A stretch of DNA of 32,717 bases. It comes from Myxococcota bacterium. Its GTDB lineage: Bacteria; Myxococcota_A; UBA9160; UBA4427. Positions 8,577-13,256 of the stretch are shown one piece after another. Position numbers and translations under genes: made by a program. Numbering within the stretch: position 1 is the stretch's first letter; the number at the start of each line of letters is the position of its first letter. Location of the stretch: assembly GCA_036336835.1 (NCBI GenBank), contig JAYZFK010000047.1, positions 1 to 32,717 on the forward strand. The letters are read 5' to 3'. The notes under the pieces are model-generated. The model had not been told where the DNA came from, ran no database searches, and saw only the letters and a program-made list of their open reading frames with translations.

Positions 8577-9637
8577 CACGCACCTCCTTCGAGCACGCAG
8601 AGCAGGTTCTGCTGCAACGCCGCTCCGCTGGCCGCGTGGGCGAGGCCGCGCGTGGCACCCCCCTCGGCGATCTGTCGTGCCGCCTCGACGACCCGTGTGA
8701 GCCCGGTCGCCATTACCGGGTGACCGCACAGCGGCCCGCCGGACCGGTTGATCACCACGTCGTCCGTGAGGCCCAGCGCCTGTTTCAGCACGATCTCCTC
8801 GGCGCTGTAGCGCACGCACAGCTCGGCGACGTCGAACGAGCCTCCGTCGATCTCGAGCGCATCGGCGGCAATCTTGGTCGACGCCGACTCCGTCAGGTCG
8901 CGCAGCCCCGGATGGCTCGAATCCATCCGGTGGTCGATGCCCCGGATCCAGACCGGCCGGTCGCACAGCTCGCGCGCCTTGTCGCCGCGCGCGATCAGCA
9001 CCGCCGCAGCGCCGTCGCTGATCGGCGGCAGATCGTGGCGGCGCAGCGGGGATGCGAAGTACGGCTCCTTCAGCAACGTATCGACCGACACGTCCTGCTT
9101 GACCTGCGCGTACGGATTGTCGATCGCGTCGCGTCGCGAGCGCGAGACGACCTCGGCGTAGTCCTCCTCGCTGGCCTTGCCCGCATCGATCAGCGCCGCC
9201 GCCTGCAGCCCCGCCATTGACACCGGGTCGAGACCGAGCGGCGCGTGGTAGTAGGGGTTGGTCTGCAGCGGAAAGATCTCGCGCGGCGTGCCGGGCGAGC
9301 TCTTCCCCGAGCCGACCACCAGACAGGTATCGATGTCGCCCATCTGCAGCCGGATCCAGCCCTCGAAGAGCGCCCAGGCGCCGTCCATCTCGACGTGCGA
9401 CTCGTAGACGGGCGGCCAGGCCCCATAGCCGTCCACGTTGCTCACGAACGCGAATGGAAGCCCCGACAGATAGTCGCAGCTCGCGGCGATCGTGAAGTCG
9501 ATGTCGTGCCGATCGATCGTCACCTCGCCGAGGATCTGATTGACCAGCGTCATGATGAGCGAGGGCTCGGAATCGGTGTAGCGCCTGTAGGACGGCGTCT
9601 GCGCATACCCGACGATCGCGATGTCTTCACCTGCCAT
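8576..9637 (-). CDS. ltp4: Thiolase-fold protein, Ltp4-like subunit
   Basis: Start ATG9637 with a TAATG overlap. DIAIVGYAQ, SCDYLSGLPFAFV, PPVYESHVEMDGAWALFE, GKSS and LAHAASGAALQQNLLCVLEG match Ltp4 (Rv3522). Confidence 0.85.
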   Translation of the reverse strand: MAGEDIAIVGYAQTPSYRRYTDSEPSLIMTLVNQILGEVTIDRHDIDFTIAASCDYLSGLPFAFVSNVDGYGAWPPVYESHVEMDGAWALFEGWIRLQMGDIDTCLVVGSGKSSPGTPREIFPLQTNPYYHAPLGLDPVSMAGLQAAALIDAGKASEEDYAEVVSRSRRDAIDNPYAQVKQDVSVDTLLKEPYFASPLRRHDLPPISDGAAAVLIARGDKARELCDRPVWIRGIDHRMDSSHPGLRDLTESASTKIAADALEIDGGSFDVAELCVRYSAEEIVLKQALGLTDDVVINRSGGPLCGHPVMATGLTRVVEAARQIAEGGATRGLAHAASGAALQQNLLCVLEGGA

Positions 9638-10629
9638 TAGAAAACGTGCTCCGAGAACTGTTGGAAGGGAACATCCGGCTCGCCTGTGGGCTCCCAGCGC
9701 TCGAGGACGCCTCCCGTCCCACCCCAACGATTGTCGACCTCCCCGACGTCGCGCTCCGACTCCGGCTTGAAGATCGCGCGCACCCGCAGCCCCGAGCGGA
9801 AGGTATCGATCGGCATGTCCCGGATGTCCTGCTGGCCCAGCGGCTGGTCCGAGCCGTCGAGCAGGATCGAGGCCCGGATGTAGGGCTCGGTCTCCTCCTG
9901 CCCGTAGTACTGGACCGGCGTGATCACCGTGTAGCTGACGACGGTGCCCGTAGGCTCGACCTCGACGTCGTGTTCGGGCTGGAGCAGTACGCGCTCGATC
10001 GGGTCGTAGCCCTTGCTCGGCAGGTAGACCTTGCCGCTGGCCGGGCTCTTCTGCCCGATGAATTTGCCCTGCTTCAATCCCTCGAGGAAGCGGACCCGAT
10101 GCGGGCTCATCACCTCCTCGTAGTCGAGCGAGATCAGGTGCTCGGTCATCTCGACCTCGCCCGGTCCGGGCTCGATGTACTGATCGCGCGCCTCCGCCTC
10201 GGGCACGAAGTAGACGTCGGTGATCGCGTTGGTCCGCTCGTCGCGGTACTGCGCCCGGACGCGCGCACCGGGCGTGACGTCCTCGGGCGAGTTCGCTTGT
10301 ACGGCGTGCACCAGCGGCACGTCCGCACCATCGAGCTGGATCAGCGCAAAGGCAAACGGCTGCTGGAATGGATGCTTGCGCGTCGGCTCGGAGATCCAGG
10401 TGCTGGTCTTCAGCGTGCCGCCGGGCCCGACCTCGACGAACTCGGGGTCCTCGAGCTTCCGACCAGTCTCGGGGTCGTGCTCGATCGGCGGGCAGATCAC
10501 GCGGCCGCCCGCGCGGACCCCGAGCAGCTTCCCGTCTCGCAGGGCCGTCAGGAAGCGACCGACCACCGGACCCGTCGTACGCGTGTACGGATATTCCAGC
10601 GTGTAGGTAGCGGCGTGTTCGTTCGACAT
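9637..10629 (-). CDS. Tandem DUF35 (Zn-ribbon/OB-fold) protein, Rv3521-like thiolase/aldolase partner
   Basis: YTRTTGPVVGRFLTALRDGKLLGVR, PFAFALIQLDGAD, a second repeat GTVVSYTVI...PYIRASILLDGSD, and C-terminal WEPTGEPD. Gene order is the same as Rv3521-ltp4-ltp3. Confidence 0.88.
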   Translation of the reverse strand: MSNEHAATYTLEYPYTRTTGPVVGRFLTALRDGKLLGVRAGGRVICPPIEHDPETGRKLEDPEFVEVGPGGTLKTSTWISEPTRKHPFQQPFAFALIQLDGADVPLVHAVQANSPEDVTPGARVRAQYRDERTNAITDVYFVPEAEARDQYIEPGPGEVEMTEHLISLDYEEVMSPHRVRFLEGLKQGKFIGQKSPASGKVYLPSKGYDPIERVLLQPEHDVEVEPTGTVVSYTVITPVQYYGQEETEPYIRASILLDGSDQPLGQQDIRDMPIDTFRSGLRVRAIFKPESERDVGEVDNRWGGTGGVLERWEPTGEPDVPFQQFSEHVF

Positions 10630-10635
10630 GCCCGC

Positions 10636-10665
10636 AGACTAAACGCCCGGCGGGGCAGAAGACAA
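10636..10665 (-). promoter_or_regulatory. Sigma70-type promoter for the DUF35-ltp4-ltp3 operon, likely leaderless
   Basis: Minus strand TTGTCT (10665-10660), 18-nt spacer, TAGTCT (10641-10636), then 6 nt to ATG10629. There is no SD. Confidence 0.45.
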
Positions 10666-10824
10666 GCCGGACCATGCGTCGCGATCAGATCTCGCGAGCC
10701 CAGTCTGCGGGAGCCGCGGCGGACTCCGGCGACTGGCGGGTGTCTCGTATACTCGCGGCTCGTGCTCACTCGCGTCCGGACTGGGCGTGCAGAGGAAGCG
10801 GGAGAAGGGCATGCGGCGGCGGCA

Positions 10825-11280
10825 ATGCTGAGTGGCGCAGGGCTTCGGGCCAGGGCAGCCCGGCGGATCGGCTGGCTGGCGGCCGCAATGCTGCTCGGGA
10901 TTGCACCGCAGCCGGCGACCGCCGAGCAGGACGGCGATGCGGCTGCGGCCAGCCCGGCCGGCGGGGTCGAGATTCGCCACAGGCTGACTCCACGGGCGGT
11001 CCGCGAGGATTGTTTCGAGGCTCCTTCCGGCGGGCACGTCACCTATGCCTTCGAGTCCTCCGCTGTCGTCACGTTCAATGTCCACCACCATGTGGGCGAC
11101 GAGACGATCTACGACGTCGAGTCTCACGAAGTGACGGAAGCCAACCGCTCGGTCCCGCTGCCGGCGCCCGGGCGGTATTGCCTGATGTACACGAACGCGG
11201 CAAAGCGCGGGGGCTACGTCCACATCAACGGGAGCTATCAGGTGATCGCTCCCGGAGCGGAGCCGCCTCCCCAGCCGTGA
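10825..11280 (+). CDS. Exported hypothetical protein with a GOLD/emp24-like beta-sandwich
   Basis: Signal-peptide-like RRIGWLAAAMLLGIAPQPATA. Core EDCF...VTYAFES...VTFNVH...GRYCLMYTN carries two Cys. The start is uncertain: an in-frame GTG10762 follows a TATACT -10 at 10748-10753. Confidence 0.65.
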   Translation: MLSGAGLRARAARRIGWLAAAMLLGIAPQPATAEQDGDAAAASPAGGVEIRHRLTPRAVREDCFEAPSGGHVTYAFESSAVVTFNVHHHVGDETIYDVESHEVTEANRSVPLPAPGRYCLMYTNAAKRGGYVHINGSYQVIAPGAEPPPQP

Positions 11281-11315
11281 TCCCGCTGCGCCGGCGCGGA
11301 GCCGAGCGGCAGACC

Positions 11316-11324
11316 TGCTATCCT
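11316..11324 (+). promoter_or_regulatory. Extended -10 promoter of ssrA
   Basis: TG-C-TATCCT, 11 nt upstream of the mature tmRNA 5' end. Confidence 0.55.
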
Positions 11325-11335
11325 CGGTCGCTCGT

Positions 11336-11700
11336 GGGGGCGATCGGTTTCGACGGGTGGTCGAAGGCCGACGCTGCGTGTCGAGGTCGTCACATCCTCG
11401 TTAAACCGTGGCAAGTTGGTAGACATAACTGCCGACGACAACTACGCACTCGCTGCCTAGCTAAACCCTAGGACTAGCGACATCCGTCCGTGACGCCTTC
11501 TAGCGGGTCGCGGGTGTCATCAGAAGGCTGGCTCGAGGATCGCTGACAGGCCGTACCCGAGAGTGAGAATCATGTCTGCCTAGGGTGAGGTCGCTCCCGT
11601 CTCTGCGACTGGCCCACCCGAAATCGAGCGGAGACTACACACGTAGACGCGTCAGCTAGAAGCTATTCGGACGCGGGTTCGATTCCCGCCGCCTCCACCA
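11336..11700 (+). ncRNA. ssrA: tmRNA (transfer-messenger RNA), tag peptide (A)ADDNYALAA*
   Basis: 5' end GGGGGCGATCGGTTTCGAC and 3' end GCGGGTTCGATTCCCGCCGCCTCCACCA. The acceptor stem GGGGGCG/CGCCTCC has the G3:U alanine determinant. PK1 stem CGAGG/CCTCG. ATAACT resume context precedes the tag ORF 11431-11460. Length 365 nt. Confidence 0.97.
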
Positions 11701-11707
11701 TTTTCTC

Positions 11708-11742
11708 TCGCGAAGGCCCGGTCGACTAGACTGGGCCCGCGA
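11708..11742 (+). terminator. Hairpin downstream of tmRNA
   Basis: TCGCG-AA-GGCCCGGTC-GACTA-GACTGGGCC-CGCGA stem-loop, with no U-tract after it. Confidence 0.45.
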
Positions 11743-11788
11743 TCGCCACACTCGATCATCACCCGTAACTGGAACCAGACGAGGGCGC

Positions 11789-13033
11789 ATGGCGACAGCC
11801 GCGATCCCGATTGGCTTCGACGCGAGCCGCCCCATCGACCTGAGCGCGCCTGGCTTCGTCCAGCACAAGTACGACTGGTACCGCTGGATGCTGGAGGAGG
11901 CGCCAGTCTGCCAGGGCAAGATCAGCCTGCTGAAGTTGAATCTGGTGGCCCGTTACGAGGATTGCCGGATGGTGCTCACCGACGAGCGCTTCGTGCGCAA
12001 TCGCGGTCGGGCCAAGGGCAAGGAGAATGCGAATCCGCTTCCAATCCCGCTGCCCAGGTCGATCGCAGCGCTCGCGCGAAGCATGATCTATGAGGACGAC
12101 CCGCAGCATCGGCGCCTGCGAAACCTCGTGAACAAGGCGTTCACGTCGCGCGCCGTCGGACGCCTGTCGGACCGGGTCGAAGAGATCTCCTGCGAGCTGC
12201 TCGACGATCTCGAGAAGCGAGGCCGGGTCGATCTGCTGGAGACCTACTCGCGACCCGTTCCCACCCGGGTGATCGCCGAGATGGTGGGCCTGCCGCGGGC
12301 CGACATGGACGAGTTCAAATACAGCATGCGCGTGCTGACGAAGGGGTTCTCGGGCATCGGAATCATCCGTACTCTGTTCTGGGACCTGCGGGCGGCCAAC
12401 AAGTTCATGCGCCGGCTCATCGCGCGCAAACGCGCGGAGCCGGGTGACGACATCCTGTCCGTGTTGATCGAGGCCGAGGAGGACGGCGACCGCCTCAGCG
12501 AAGACGAGCTGGTCGCCATGGTCTTCCTGCTCATCATCGCGGGGTTCGAGACCACGCTGCACCTGATCACCAACGGCGTACACACGCTGCTCGAGCACCC
12601 CGATCAGCTCGAACGACTGCGCGCCGAGCCCGACCTCTGGGACCTTGCCGTCGAGGAGATCGTGCGCCACAGGGGACCGGTGCACGGCACGAAGCCCCAG
12701 TATGCCAAGGAGGACGTCACCCTCCACGGCGTGACGATCGAGCGCGGCACGCCGATCCTGCCACTGCTCGGTGCCGCGAACCACGATCCGCGGGTCTTCG
12801 ACGAGCCGGACGAGTTCGATATCACGCGCTCGCCGAACCACCACCTCGGCTTTGGCTTTGGCATGCACTTCTGCCTGGGCAAGCAGCTCGCCCTGATGGA
12901 GACGCGCATCGCGCTCAAGAACCTGGTCGAGCGCAACCCGGACCTGCGGCTGGCGGTGGACCCGAGCGAGCTCGAAATCGCAAACGTCCCGGGTTGGCAT
13001 CGTCACGAGAGCCTTCCCGTGGTGCTGGGGTAG
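11789..13033 (+). CDS. Cytochrome P450 (CYP107-like clan)
   Basis: DDPQHRRLR, I-helix AGFETT, EEIVR (ExxR), ANHDPRVFDEPDEFDITR and heme motif FGFGMHFCLG. SD GAGG. The protein is 414 aa. Confidence 0.95.
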   Translation: MATAAIPIGFDASRPIDLSAPGFVQHKYDWYRWMLEEAPVCQGKISLLKLNLVARYEDCRMVLTDERFVRNRGRAKGKENANPLPIPLPRSIAALARSMIYEDDPQHRRLRNLVNKAFTSRAVGRLSDRVEEISCELLDDLEKRGRVDLLETYSRPVPTRVIAEMVGLPRADMDEFKYSMRVLTKGFSGIGIIRTLFWDLRAANKFMRRLIARKRAEPGDDILSVLIEAEEDGDRLSEDELVAMVFLLIIAGFETTLHLITNGVHTLLEHPDQLERLRAEPDLWDLAVEEIVRHRGPVHGTKPQYAKEDVTLHGVTIERGTPILPLLGAANHDPRVFDEPDEFDITRSPNHHLGFGFGMHFCLGKQLALMETRIALKNLVERNPDLRLAVDPSELEIANVPGWHRHESLPVVLG

Positions 13034-13192
13034 ATTGGCCGAAGCGGAGGATCGCACCCGGTTCGAGGTGCTGAGGCTCGCCGTGACCCACCGAGGACGA
13101 CTGTTTCGCAGTCCGTGACGGGCTCTGCGAAACGAATCGCGCAACGACGATCGACTCGGTAGACTTCTCTCGTTTCGAGGCTCGCGCCGTTT

Positions 13193-13223
13193 GGACCCGG
13201 GCTCGGCTACCGCCGCCTCCACC
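13193..13223 (+). repeat. Degenerate direct repeat of the tmRNA 3' end (att-like site)
   Basis: GGACCCGGGCTCGGCTACCGCCGCCTCCACC versus tmRNA 11669-11699 GGACGCGGGTTCGATTCCCGCCGCCTCCACC: 26/31 identical without gaps, and the last 14 nt are identical. Confidence 0.7.
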
Positions 13224-13256
13224 CTGCTCCGTTCTGCATCGGACAGGGAGGCCAGC

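Noticed and set aside
11656..11919. 87-aa minus-strand ORF ending KWWRRRESNPRP
   Set aside because: This is the antisense translation of the tmRNA T-arm/acceptor end, a classic spurious peptide.
13054..13071. tRNA-like GGTTCGA motifs (near 13060 and near 26125)
   Set aside because: No cloverleaf, acceptor stem or CCA surrounds them.
13090..13160. Hammerhead ribozyme, suggested by GAAAC next to stems
   Set aside because: There is no CUGAnGA core at the required position on either strand.
11701..13192. Prophage or active integrative element at ssrA
   Set aside because: No integrase, phage or conjugation genes are present. Only the att-like repeat remains, reported as a remnant.
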